This document shows, one piece after another, positions 44,094 through 53,685 of a stretch of DNA of 64,000 nucleotides; within the stretch, counting starts at the first letter, position 1, and every line of letters begins with the position of its first letter. The position numbers and the translations under genes are program-made. This DNA is from an uncultured delta proteobacterium (GTDB taxonomy: Bacteria > Myxococcota_A > Polyangia > Polyangiales > Polyangiaceae). The notes beneath the pieces were generated by a model that searched no databases, was not told where the DNA came from, and saw only the letters and a program-made list of their open reading frames with translations. The stretch lies in assembly GCA_963806225.1 (NCBI GenBank), contig CAWDXG010000001.1, positions 32,001 to 96,000 on the forward strand. Reading direction: 5' to 3'.

Positions 44094-44533
44094 CTGCCGC
44101 TACATCCTCCGCCCGCCGATCGCCGCCGAGCGCGTGCAGCTCGTCGAGGGCGACCTCGTCCGCCTGGTGCTGAAGCGGCCGTTCAGCAACGTCACGGTCA
44201 CAGGCATCCGCCGCTACCTCCGCTGGCTCGGCGAGGCCAGCGAGCCGCCCGCGCTCGCGCCCGCGAGGGGGCCGCCGTTCTTCCAGAGCGTTGCCCTCCG
44301 TCGCAAGCTCGGTCAGCCCGTGCAGGCGGAGCTGTTCGACGCGCACTGAACCCGTCGTCGCCGGCGCACCGGTGCGCCTCGAGCGCGCTACCCGCCGCGA
44401 CGCAGGCCCGACCGAGCGCCGAATGGCCACGCCGCAGCCTTCCTATCCGCCCCGGCAACCGCACCTGCTCCCTTCCCGCCCGGAGCCTGCGCGCCCTGGC
44501 GTCGCGGGCAGGACGCTCATGTTGCCTACGCGC
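44094..44533 (+). mobile_element. IS91-like copy G with an internal deletion of the transposase
   Basis: CRYILRPP...KRPFS joined through 15 nt of filler to GIRRYLRWL; ends ATGTTGCCTACGCGC. Confidence 0.88.
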
Positions 44534-44745
44534 ATGGACGCCTTCGACTTCAACCAGACGCCCCTGCCGCCGCTCGTCCTGAAGAAGCGGCTGTGTCTGT
44601 GATTAGCTATTAGCCTCTAGCTCTTGGCTGTTGGCTGCCCTCCGCATTGGGCGGCGGAGGGCGGTCCGACGTGCTCGCTTCGACTCCGCTGTAGAGCAGC
44701 TGCGATGCTCTCGGAATCGTGCCGCGGCTTGATGCGCCAGACCTG

Positions 44746-44763
44746 ACATGTAATATTACATGT
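44746..44763. promoter_or_regulatory. Perfect 18-bp palindrome, probable antitoxin operator
   Basis: ACATGTAAT-ATTACATGT ending 1 nt before the ATG at 44765. Confidence 0.75.
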
Positions 44764-44764
44764 A

Positions 44765-44986
44765 ATGCCTCGGAGCTCTTCTGCCAAGCACGTGCAACGC
44801 TACCGCGACCGCATGAGAAGGGCGGGTCTGAGGCTGGTCCAGTTGTGGGTGCCGGACTCGCGCAAGCCTGGGTTTGCCGAGGAGTGCCGCCGGCAGAGCC
44901 GGCTTGCCGCCCGAGATCGTGAGCTGGAGGGCGAGGTGCTGGACTGGGTGGAGTCGGCCCACGACGATGAAGGTTGGACGCCGTGA
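44765..44986 (+). CDS. DUF3018-type (MazE-like) antitoxin
   Basis: VQRYRDRMRRAGLRLVQLWVPDSRKPGFAEECRRQS. Confidence 0.88.
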   Translation: MPRSSSAKHVQRYRDRMRRAGLRLVQLWVPDSRKPGFAEECRRQSRLAARDRELEGEVLDWVESAHDDEGWTP

Positions 44987-45312
44987 AGCGCGGCGACGTG
45001 GTCGTTGTCGCGCTGAAGGGTGACTACGGCAAGCCGCGACCGGCGCTCGTGGTGCAGTCGGATCTCTTCAACGAGACCCATGCCAGCGTGACGATTGCGC
45101 CTGTCACGAGCACCGTTGTCGATAGCCCGCTCTTCCGGCTCACCGTCGATCCCGGCGAGCGAAACGGCCTGCGCACCGTTTCCCAGATCATGATCGACAA
45201 GCTAACGACCGTGCGCCGCGAGCGCGTGGACCGCGTGATCGGTCGCGTGGACGACGAGACGCTGCTTCGCGTCGGGCGCGCCCTCGTGCTGTGGCTTGGT
45301 ATCGCGGCGTGA
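44983..45312 (+). CDS. mazF: PemK/MazF-family toxin
   Basis: KRGDVV....GDYGKPRPALVVQSD...NGL..SQIMIDK; GTGA overlap. Confidence 0.92.
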   Translation: MKRGDVVVVALKGDYGKPRPALVVQSDLFNETHASVTIAPVTSTVVDSPLFRLTVDPGERNGLRTVSQIMIDKLTTVRRERVDRVIGRVDDETLLRVGRALVLWLGIAA

Positions 45313-45773
45313 CGGCGATCGGCTCGTGCCGCCCACCAGCCGATAGCCATTGGCTGTTGGCTGCCCTCCGCATTGGGCGGCGGGGGGCGGTTCACAGGGC
45401 CGCCGACGACGACATGCGCTCGGACATCAAGCACATGCTCCAGTTCATCGAGCACATCCCTTCGCGGAAGTAGCGATTGTCTAGGCCGGCGGTCATGCGT
45501 CGCACGCGGTCTGCAGTCGTTGCCCGGCGGCGTCGAGCCACGCGCCCGCTATCCTGTCCGTCGCGGGTTGGACTTCCTGGTCCTCGGCGTCTGCCCCTCG
45601 TGCAACGCCCGCCGTATGACCGACCATTGACGACTGTCATGCGGGTCGCTCGCGTGGCTCCGTTGCTCATGGACGCAGTGCTGGTGTGAACGATCACCTC
45701 TCAAGATTCCTGCGGCGCCGCCGCGGCGGATGGCTATCTTCTCCACCTGGGTGAAGAGGAGAGGAGTGTAGCT

Positions 45774-46964
45774 ATGCGTATGTGGCTCATCATCGGTGTG
45801 GCTTGCATCGGGATTACGGCCTGTGGCGGGAACGGCGACACAGGGGGAGGCGGTGGAACGGGTGCGACCGCGGGCACCGGGGCAACCGGCGGCACCGGGG
45901 CAACCGGCGGCACCGGGGCAACCGGCGGCACCGGGGCAACCGGCGGCACGGCGGGCGCGGCTGGTTCCGGCGGAGCGGCAGGGAGCGGGGGTACCGCGGG
46001 AGCAGGCGGCAGTGCCGGTGCCGCGGGCGCGGGCGGCAGCGCAGGTGCAGCGGGTGCCGCGGGAACTGGTGGCGCCAGTGGCTCTGGCGGCGCCGCGGGA
46101 GCCGGTGGCAGTGGAGGCGACACGACGGCTCCGACCGTCGTGAGCACCGTTCCAGCTAACGGTGCCAAGGGCGTCGTGGCCGACGCCAACATCGTGATCA
46201 CCTTCAGCGAGGCGATGGATCAAGCGAGCACGCAGCTGGCCTACCAGACTGCGAATATTCCAACGGGTGTCATCACCTGGAATGGTGCTGGCACGCAGAT
46301 GACCATCAATCCGAACACAAACATGACCTACGCCTCGGGCACCAGTCCCACAGCGACGGTCGCCAAGGCCTACAGCTATATCATCACCACGACCGCCAAG
46401 GATCTGGCCGGCAACGCCCTCGCCAGCAACAAGAACGTGAGCTTCACCACGCTGCGCCACTTGACGCAGACCCTCACGGACCACGGCGCACTGACCGGGC
46501 AGGCCTTCTCGAACGGATCGACCAGCGCCTCGTTCTGCACGGTGGGTGACGGCGCCAACAACATCGTCTTGCGCGGACTCATGTCCTTCGAGAAGTCCCA
46601 AATGGCAACCGGAGCCACGAATATCGACCTCGGGCAGTTGAACGTGACCGCCACCCGCTTGAATGGAACTCCGTTCGTCTCGCTTGTGAACCACGTGAAC
46701 ATCTACCGCGTGTCGTTCACTTCCCTGAGCGGCGGCTACAATGTGACTGGCACCACCAGCGGGACGCTGCCTTCCGTCAGCAGCGTGCCCACTTCCCAGA
46801 CCGCGAACGTTCTGGCAGGAGTGAACGCGGCCCTGGCGGACAGCGCGAGCAATGACATCCAGTTCCGCCTCCAGTTCAACCAGTCGACCGACGGTGACGG
46901 TTTGGCTGACTACGTGCGCTATGCCACCAACCCGACCCTGAAGATCCGCTACTACGCGCCCTGA
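45774..46964 (+). CDS. Lipoprotein with Gly-rich linker and bacterial Ig-like (Big_5-type) domain
   Basis: GAGGAG RBS, lipobox ITAC, DTTAPTVVSTVPANGA...ITFSEAMD...KDLAGNAL; 18-bp tandem repeats near 45873-45948. Confidence 0.85.
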   Translation: MRMWLIIGVACIGITACGGNGDTGGGGGTGATAGTGATGGTGATGGTGATGGTGATGGTAGAAGSGGAAGSGGTAGAGGSAGAAGAGGSAGAAGAAGTGGASGSGGAAGAGGSGGDTTAPTVVSTVPANGAKGVVADANIVITFSEAMDQASTQLAYQTANIPTGVITWNGAGTQMTINPNTNMTYASGTSPTATVAKAYSYIITTTAKDLAGNALASNKNVSFTTLRHLTQTLTDHGALTGQAFSNGSTSASFCTVGDGANNIVLRGLMSFEKSQMATGATNIDLGQLNVTATRLNGTPFVSLVNHVNIYRVSFTSLSGGYNVTGTTSGTLPSVSSVPTSQTANVLAGVNAALADSASNDIQFRLQFNQSTDGDGLADYVRYATNPTLKIRYYAP

Positions 46965-47263
46965 GCCGATTCGTGTGACCACAGCGGGTATTTCGGCACC
47001 CTTGGCGTGACGCTGGAGGTGCTCGAAATCCCCGCTGGCGGCCACCGCCGAGCACCCGTCAATGATAGGCGCAGGCATCGGTGGCCGGCGGCGTCGAGCC
47101 ACGCACCCGCTATCCCATCAGCACGAGTGCTGGGCCGACGCTGGGTCTGTCGTCGCGGGCCGCACGGGGGCGTCAGGGCCGCCGCTGGCTCCGCAGGGCG
47201 CGGCGCAGCGCGCGCGCGGCCGAAGGAAGTCGCGGCGCGCCGAGCTCGTTTCCTGAAACGCGC

Positions 47264-48193
47264 TCAGGCGCGCTGGATCGCGTCGACCAGATCCTCGCCG
47301 AACCGTGCGGCGAGCTGCTCGGTGACGAGTCCGGCCCGCGTTGCAAGCTCGGCCTGCGCGTCCCGCTTCATGCGGATGATCCGCTGCGACGGAGCGGCCT
47401 CGAACGCTGCAAGCGCCTTCTGCTCCTCGCGGATCGCCGTCGCGCGCTCGGTGCGGCACGCCGTGCGACCGGCCTCCGCAATGGCGGTCTGGTGCGCATC
47501 CGGCAGACTCGAGAACCACTTGTCGTTCACGACCATCATCGTGGTGAACAGGCTGTGGTGCGTCTCGTTGACGACGGGGAAGATGCGATCCAGCCCGGCC
47601 GCCTGGAAGCGGACGTAGGTGATCTCGCAGCCCTCGATGCTGCCGCTTTCGACCATCGACGGGATCGAGTCCAGATCCGCGCCCACGGCGCTCGCCCCGA
47701 GGCTCTGGTAGAGCGCCTCGGGTACGGGATTGCCCGAGGTACGCAGCCGCATTCCTTCGTAGTCGCCGATCTCGTGGAGCTCGCGGCCCAGCGTAGCAAC
47801 GATGCGGAAGCCGCCACTGTACGCGAACCCGAGGCCGCGCAGACCCACGTCGCGCAGCCCGGCCATCAGTCGTTCGGCCACGGGTCCCTCGAAGACGCGC
47901 TCCGCGTGCGCGTAGTCGGAAAACAGGAAGGGCAGCTCGATCGACCACAGCGGGTCGTGGACCGCGCCGAGCGCTGCCACGTAGAGGTGGCCCATCTCGA
48001 TCTCGCCGCGTTGCAGACAGTGCACCAGCTCCAGCCGTGAGACGTGCTCGCCGCCGCGCGCGTTCTCGAACTCGTCGAGCATGCTCTGCTTCACGTCGAC
48101 GGCGCCGTCGGTCTTTTCCCGCACGAGCGCGGCCAGCTCGGCTGCGGCGTCGTCGAAGACGACAGGCGGCTCATGAGCGAGAACCCACCGCAT
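47264..48193 (-). CDS. TRAP transporter DctP-like substrate-binding protein
   Basis: ELPFLFSDY.HA..V..GPV, GFR, EGMRLRT, YQSLGA, VN.KWFSSLP; start could be further upstream. Confidence 0.85.
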   Translation of the reverse strand: MRWVLAHEPPVVFDDAAAELAALVREKTDGAVDVKQSMLDEFENARGGEHVSRLELVHCLQRGEIEMGHLYVAALGAVHDPLWSIELPFLFSDYAHAERVFEGPVAERLMAGLRDVGLRGLGFAYSGGFRIVATLGRELHEIGDYEGMRLRTSGNPVPEALYQSLGASAVGADLDSIPSMVESGSIEGCEITYVRFQAAGLDRIFPVVNETHHSLFTTMMVVNDKWFSSLPDAHQTAIAEAGRTACRTERATAIREEQKALAAFEAAPSQRIIRMKRDAQAELATRAGLVTEQLAARFGEDLVDAIQRA

Positions 48194-48363
48194 GGTGTGC
48201 TCGGCGCGCTGGTTTCTGGCCTCGGGGCGGTCGATGTCGCGGTCGCGGGTCTCGATGGTCGAATCCACGGGAGCCTCCTGTCGGATGGGCACCGAGCCTA
48301 TCAAGCGGCCGACCCCCCTTCAACCTTTGCAGCGCGCCCCGATAAGGTGGATCATCCCGCGTC

Positions 48364-49546
48364 GTGCGGCGCACCTTCTTGCTCGCGCTCGCGCTTCTCG
48401 CGATCGGTTGTGGCGGGGGGTGGCGGGACCTGAGCGGGGCCGAGATCAAGGCCCTGATCAGCGGCTGCGACGTCGACCGGCTACCAGGACTTGTACAGCT
48501 ACTCGTTCCGTCGCGTCTACGATCCTGCCGGTACCTTCAAGTCGATCAACAGCAACAGCACGACGCCACGCACCGGCCGCTGGTGGATCTCCGGCAACCA
48601 GGAATGCATCCGCTGGGACGACCAGGGACAGGACCTCTGCCGCTACATCGCGACCGACGGCCAGGGTCACTACAAGAAGGAGCTGGTCGACCACGGCGGC
48701 CGCCGCAAGCTCGTCGTCACCTACTACACATTCGTCGGACCCGACGGACGGAATCGCGAGGTCATCTCCTCCTCGGGCTCGGACGAATACGAGATCGGCG
48801 ACTACACCTTCGACCTGGCTACGGTGTTGGCGATCGCGGTGCCGATAGTCATCGTCGGTTTCATCTTCGCTTTCGTGCTGCTGATCCTGCTTCTGCGGGG
48901 CAAGAACGATCCGGGCAGCCTGCGCAATCGGCTCAAGCGCCGTTTCTCAACGCTCAAGGCGGGCGGGCAGTCGTATCGCTGGGGAACGATCGCGAGCGGA
49001 CCGCCGCAGTTGCTCGACCAGTTCACGTACGGGTCCGCCGCGGACAAGCAGTTCATGCAGGTCTTCTGGGCGTTCGACCTGATGCAGAAGCAGGCGCGGG
49101 GCGATTCGAACGCCGCGTGGCGTCGGCTGTGGATGTGCCTGTCGTCGCTGCCGGATGACACGATCGTCGAGGCCTTCGGCGCCGTGCTCCACACCGTCGT
49201 CGACCCGAAGGCGCTGGTGCAGGCGTTCTCCGCCGATCTCCGTTTCTGCTACCTCATGGGCAAGGCGTACTCGGCGAAAGCGGGCACAGCCCAACGCGAC
49301 GCCGCGCACTTCCCGCAGCTCAAGGAGGGCGCGCTCGCCTGCCTCGGGCACGTGCGCGAGCGCGCGGGCGCGCCGCCGCCCGACCTTGCTCCGGCGCAGG
49401 GTGCGCCGTACCGCGGCGCGTGGCCCGCGGCTGTCGACTACGCCGCGCTCGCCGCCCCTGCGTTCGAGACGATGATGTACATGCAGCTCATCGCTCCGGC
49501 GGTGACCAAGCACCACCACGGCTCGGCCTCCGTGGGCGGAGGCTGA
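48364..49546 (+). CDS. Lipoprotein/membrane protein of unknown function, frameshift near 48467
   Basis: Lipobox AIGC in one frame; body with a central TM helix continues in the next frame. Confidence 0.55.
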
Positions 49547-51348
49547 TGCCGGACCTGCTGGGCGCCTGGTCGCTTGCGGACCAGCCCGTCGGACGCCTGC
49601 TCGAAGCGGGAGCCAAGAGCCGCATGCGGGGCATGCTGTCCGGCGGCGAGGACAGCTTCGAGTCCAGACGGCTGTGGCTTGTCGCAGGCAGCATCGAGCG
49701 GGAGGAAGCCGGCGTTGTCGCGACGCAGGGCTTCGTGCCCCAAGGCGGCGACGAGGTCGACGGGCATTCGGTGACGGTCCGGGCCGAGGACAACGCGCTA
49801 TGCCTTTCGCGGAGCCTATCCGGCGGCGAGCGGCTGTACTTCACGCGGGTCGGCGCTCTGCTGCTGTTCGCCTCCTCGGTCCGGCTGCTGCTCGCGCATC
49901 CTTCGGTACCGCGCCGCATCGACACCGAGGTGCTCGACGAGGTGCTTCTGACGGGTTTGCCCATCTCCGGTGCGCGCACGCTGCACGCGGAGATCGAGGA
50001 GGTGTTGCCGGGATGCACGCTGCGCGTCGACGACGCCGTCCACGCGCAGCGCTTCGTGCACCCCGAGCTGCTCGAGCCGCCGGAGGGCTCGCCCGAGGAG
50101 CTCGGACGTCGCTTCCGTGAGGCGCTCACCGAGGCCGTCGCGCGCGCCGCCGGGCCCGACCGCCCCGTGTGCGTGGCGCTGTCCGGCGGCATCGATTCCT
50201 CGGCCATCGCGGCTGCCGCGGTGGACGCGTTTGGAGCCGATGGCGTCCGCGCCGTGACCTACGAGTTCGGCGATCCCGAGCATTCCACCGAACGCGAGTG
50301 GGCGACGAAGGTCGCCAGGCACCTCGGCATCGAGCGCCACCACTTCTTCGAGCTGTCGAAGGCGGACTACCTGGACGCCATCCCCGAGCACGTCTTCCGT
50401 TCGGAGAGCCTGTCGCACTGGCCCAAGGCGTTCATGCTGCTCGTCGCGCGCGAGGTGCGCGCCCTCGGCCATGACCGCTACCTCACCGGCTTCGGCATCG
50501 GGAGCCACATGGCGTATCTGTCGGAGCTGGCGCCGGCGCTCGAGCGCGCACCACGGCTCGTGACGCGGCCCTGGCGCGCGGCGCGTTTCGACCGGCGCGC
50601 CTGGCCGTTCCGCCTCGGCCGGGTGCATCCCGCGTTCGAGCCGCCGCATCCGCGGATCTACGCGCTGCTCGCGCGTCACCTCGAACACGCCGGCATCGTT
50701 CGCGAAGCCAAGGCGTTCTTTCCGGACAAGCTCTCGCCGCTCCTTTCGCACCGCCCGGACCTGTCTCTGCTTGAACCGGAGATCGCCGCGCTTCCCCTCC
50801 GCGAGCGGCTGCTGCGCGCGGCGTTCGTTCATCTTGTTTCCTGCGTCGACGTGACCCGTTCGGAGAAGGCGTCGCGGGAGCGCGGCGTGCTGCGCATCTC
50901 GCCCGCGCACTTCGCCAGTTGTCTGCCGTACGCGTACCTGCCGATCACGCCGACGCCGCGCCTGTACAGCGCGGAGCGCGCTCAGAGGCCGGGCAAGCTG
51001 CTCCTGCAGCAGGGCTTCCGGGGCGCGATACCCGACGAGGTGCTGTTTCGCGTGAAGTCCTGGGCGGACGCGGTTGCCTCGGACGACTGGCTCAAGGACG
51101 GACGGCGCCGCATGCTCTCCGTCTTGCCGTCGTTTCCCTTCGACATGGACCGGCACGGCCCCGGATATCCGGGGGTCGTCCAGAAGTGGGAGGCGAGCTC
51201 GCTCCTGGCCACGTGCCTGGCGTTCCGGCTCTGGGAGCGGATGTTTGTCGAGATGCCGCCGCGGCGCGAGGCGCCGACCTGGATGGAGCTCTGGGAAGGA
51301 GCGCACCCGTCGGCGCGGGAGGCGCCGGCGTTGAGGGCGAGCGCATGA
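49546..51348 (+). CDS. Asparagine synthetase-like ATP-dependent ligase with degenerate Ntn domain
   Basis: LYF...LLFASSVR.LL, ALSGGIDSS PP-loop, GKLLL....RG.IPDEVL.R.K; no N-terminal Cys. Confidence 0.8.
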   Translation: MPDLLGAWSLADQPVGRLLEAGAKSRMRGMLSGGEDSFESRRLWLVAGSIEREEAGVVATQGFVPQGGDEVDGHSVTVRAEDNALCLSRSLSGGERLYFTRVGALLLFASSVRLLLAHPSVPRRIDTEVLDEVLLTGLPISGARTLHAEIEEVLPGCTLRVDDAVHAQRFVHPELLEPPEGSPEELGRRFREALTEAVARAAGPDRPVCVALSGGIDSSAIAAAAVDAFGADGVRAVTYEFGDPEHSTEREWATKVARHLGIERHHFFELSKADYLDAIPEHVFRSESLSHWPKAFMLLVAREVRALGHDRYLTGFGIGSHMAYLSELAPALERAPRLVTRPWRAARFDRRAWPFRLGRVHPAFEPPHPRIYALLARHLEHAGIVREAKAFFPDKLSPLLSHRPDLSLLEPEIAALPLRERLLRAAFVHLVSCVDVTRSEKASRERGVLRISPAHFASCLPYAYLPITPTPRLYSAERAQRPGKLLLQQGFRGAIPDEVLFRVKSWADAVASDDWLKDGRRRMLSVLPSFPFDMDRHGPGYPGVVQKWEASSLLATCLAFRLWERMFVEMPPRREAPTWMELWEGAHPSAREAPALRASA

Positions 51349-51422
51349 CGACCCCGACAGAACCGGGAGACTGGTCGAGATCGACCAGGACCAGAGCGGA
51401 CGACGCATCATGTTCCGTGGGG

Positions 51423-51642
51423 ATTTTTTACAGGAAGATCGGAAGATCGGAAGGTTTCTGGGGTCGAGGGCTGGTTCGCCTGACACTGCCAATCCAGGGG
51501 CCCGCACCCTCTACACGCGGGCGACCCGTGCGGCGCCGCCAACTCTCTGGACGAGCCGCACGGCTCGCCCCACCCCTCGACCCAAAAGAGAAAGCCGTCC
51601 CGTGATCCGTGAAGAGCTCCTTCCGCCCTTCCGATCTTCCTG
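51423..51642. repeat. ~220-bp imperfect hairpin (REP/MITE-like element)
   Basis: CAGGAAGATCGGAAGATCGGAAGG (51431-51454) pairs with CCTTCCGCCCTTCCGATCTTCCTG (51619-51642); inner GGGTCGAGGG/CCCTCGACCC. Confidence 0.8.
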
Positions 51643-52670
51643 GTGCGCCAGCCCAAGTCCAGCCGAGGAGGATGCCATGCGTTGAAACCTTGGAGTGAAA
51701 CCCCGCGGGTGGAAACCCCGTCCGGCCAAGGCCGAGCGTACGCGCGAGGTACATCCGGAAGCGAGTCTTGCGCTGGAGGGGCGACCCGAAGGCGAAGCGT
51801 AGACAGCGAGTGCGTGGGCCGTGTGATTGAGCCGCGTAAAGAAACCGTTCGAGGCCGACACCGTCAGGAAGGTGGAAGGCAACACCAGACCAAAGGCTGG
51901 CTCGAACCGAGGTCAGAGAGCAGGGCACGTGCACAGAAGGGATTCCTGGAAAGCTGGGAGATCTCGTCGGTGCCGTCTGTTGGGCGGTACGGCGTCGATA
52001 AGGAAACGAAGCGGCGCAGAGGCCGGCGAGAAGTCGGAGCATCCTGATAGTAGTGATGACGAAGGGGAACCTGTCCGATGGGACCCTTCCGAGCGAAGCG
52101 GGATGCCGGAACACGGAACTGTTCGGATGAAAGAGAGCCGGGATGTCACGCTCGGAAACTGTCTCAACGAAATACGAACGGATAGCGGAACTGGCGAAGC
52201 GAATGCCGGACGCAGCGCTGTGGTCGCTGTCGCATCACATGGACGAGGAGTGGCTGCACGAAGCCTATCAGCGCACCCGCAAGGACGGCGCGACTGGAGT
52301 CGACGGATGCAGCGCGGATGAATATGGCGAGGAACTCGAGGCGAACCTCGAGACCCTGGTCAACCGCGCGCACTCTGGCGAATACCGGGCGCCACCCGTC
52401 CGGCGGGTGTACATCCCGAAAGGCAACGGGCAGACCCGGCCGCTGGGCATCCCAACCTTCGAGGACAAGGTGCTCCAGCGGGCGGTAGCCATGCTTCTAG
52501 AAACCGTGTACGAGCAGGACTTTCTGGACTGCTCGTATGGGTTTCGACCAGGGCGGAGTGCCCACCAAGCCCTGGGCAAGCTACGCGACACTCTGATGGA
52601 AATGCGCGACGGATGGGTGCTGGAAGTCGATATAGGGGGGCCCGGGCGGCAACGCCCGGGCCTACCCGAC
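51643..52670 (+). mobile_element. Group II intron, internally deleted
   Basis: 5' GTGCG, domain-I-like sequence, RT ORF start, 3' domain VI hairpin ending CCTACCCGAC. Confidence 0.88.
52143..52634 (+). pseudogene. Group II intron reverse transcriptase/maturase, N-terminal part only
   Basis: [46 protein letters not shown] then break; no YADD. Confidence 0.92.
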
Positions 52671-52677
52671 TGAAAAA

Positions 52678-53685
52678 ATGAAGATGCTAGCCCGTCGCTG
52701 TCCCCGGATCCTGGCCGGTGCGTGGGTGCTCCTTGCCGCGGCGCTGGCTGTCGCCTGCCATCGCGATCAAGGTGCGGGCCGCGCGCCGCTTGCGCTGGGC
52801 ATCGCGATCCCGTCGTACGTCCACGCGGTGGCGTGGATCGCTCACGACCACGGAGAGCTCGCGCGGGAAGGGCTCGACGCAAAGGTGCAGGTGCTCGGCG
52901 GCTCGGCCGCCACGATGCGATCGCTCGTCGCCGGCAGTACCGATATCGCGATCGCGGGCGGCGACGCCGTGCTGCGCGCGGATGCGGCGGGCGCCGATCT
53001 CGTGGTCGTCGCGGGGCTCGTGGACCGCTTCTACCACCGCATCGTAGCGCGCCGGCCCATCGACAAGGTCGAGGCGCTCAAGGGCAAGCGCGTCGGTCTG
53101 CCGTTCCTGGGCGGGCCGCAGTACATGGCGATGCGCTTCGCGCTGCGCCGCGCGGGCCTCGTGGAAGGCAAGGACGTCAAGGTGCTGAGCATGGGGCGCG
53201 AGTTCGATCGCATGGCCGCGCTCAAGCGCGGGGACATCGACGCGACCACGTCGCAGACGCCTCCCGCAAAGCTCGCCGAGCTCGGCCTGAACGTGATCGC
53301 GGATCTGCCGGACGAGAACGTGCCGTTCCCGTATGCGGTCGTGGTCGCGCGCCGCGACTACGTCCAGAAGCACCCCGACCGCGTGCGCGGGACCCTCGTT
53401 GCGCTGTGCGACGCGGCGCGCTTCTACCGCGCGAAGAAGGCGGCGAGCCTGGCCATCGTCGAGAAGCACATCTCGGGCTCGGACACGCACGCAGCCGCCA
53501 GGCGACGCTACGACACCATGGGGCCGAAGCGCATTACGCTGCCTCCCCGCCCCGACAAGGCGGCGTTCCGCACGGTGATCAATCTGGCCGGCGACGCGCG
53601 GGTGCGTGCGATGCAACCGGACAAGGTGTTCGACCTGGCGATCCTGGAGGATCTGATCCGCCACGGGAAATGTGGCGCGCCATGA
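52678..53685 (+). CDS. ABC transporter substrate-binding lipoprotein (SsuA/TauA/NMT1 type)
   Basis: Lipobox AVAC; LKGKRVG; ALKRGDIDA. Confidence 0.88.
   Translation: MKMLARRCPRILAGAWVLLAAALAVACHRDQGAGRAPLALGIAIPSYVHAVAWIAHDHGELAREGLDAKVQVLGGSAATMRSLVAGSTDIAIAGGDAVLRADAAGADLVVVAGLVDRFYHRIVARRPIDKVEALKGKRVGLPFLGGPQYMAMRFALRRAGLVEGKDVKVLSMGREFDRMAALKRGDIDATTSQTPPAKLAELGLNVIADLPDENVPFPYAVVVARRDYVQKHPDRVRGTLVALCDAARFYRAKKAASLAIVEKHISGSDTHAAARRRYDTMGPKRITLPPRPDKAAFRTVINLAGDARVRAMQPDKVFDLAILEDLIRHGKCGAP

Larger units (their letters stand above)
44624..45391 (+). repeat. 42-bp palindromic direct repeats (44624-44665, 45350-45391) flanking the mazEF-like module
   Basis: TTGGCTGTTGGCTGCCCTCCGCATTGGGCGGCGG(A/G)GGGCGGT, one mismatch. 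Confidence 0.88.

Noticed and set aside
49546..51348. Lasso peptide gene cluster
   Set aside because: No precursor, RRE or B-type peptidase visible nearby.
52143..52673. Retron, DGR or defence-associated RT
   Set aside because: Motifs and flanking RNA ends are those of a group II intron, and the RT is truncated.
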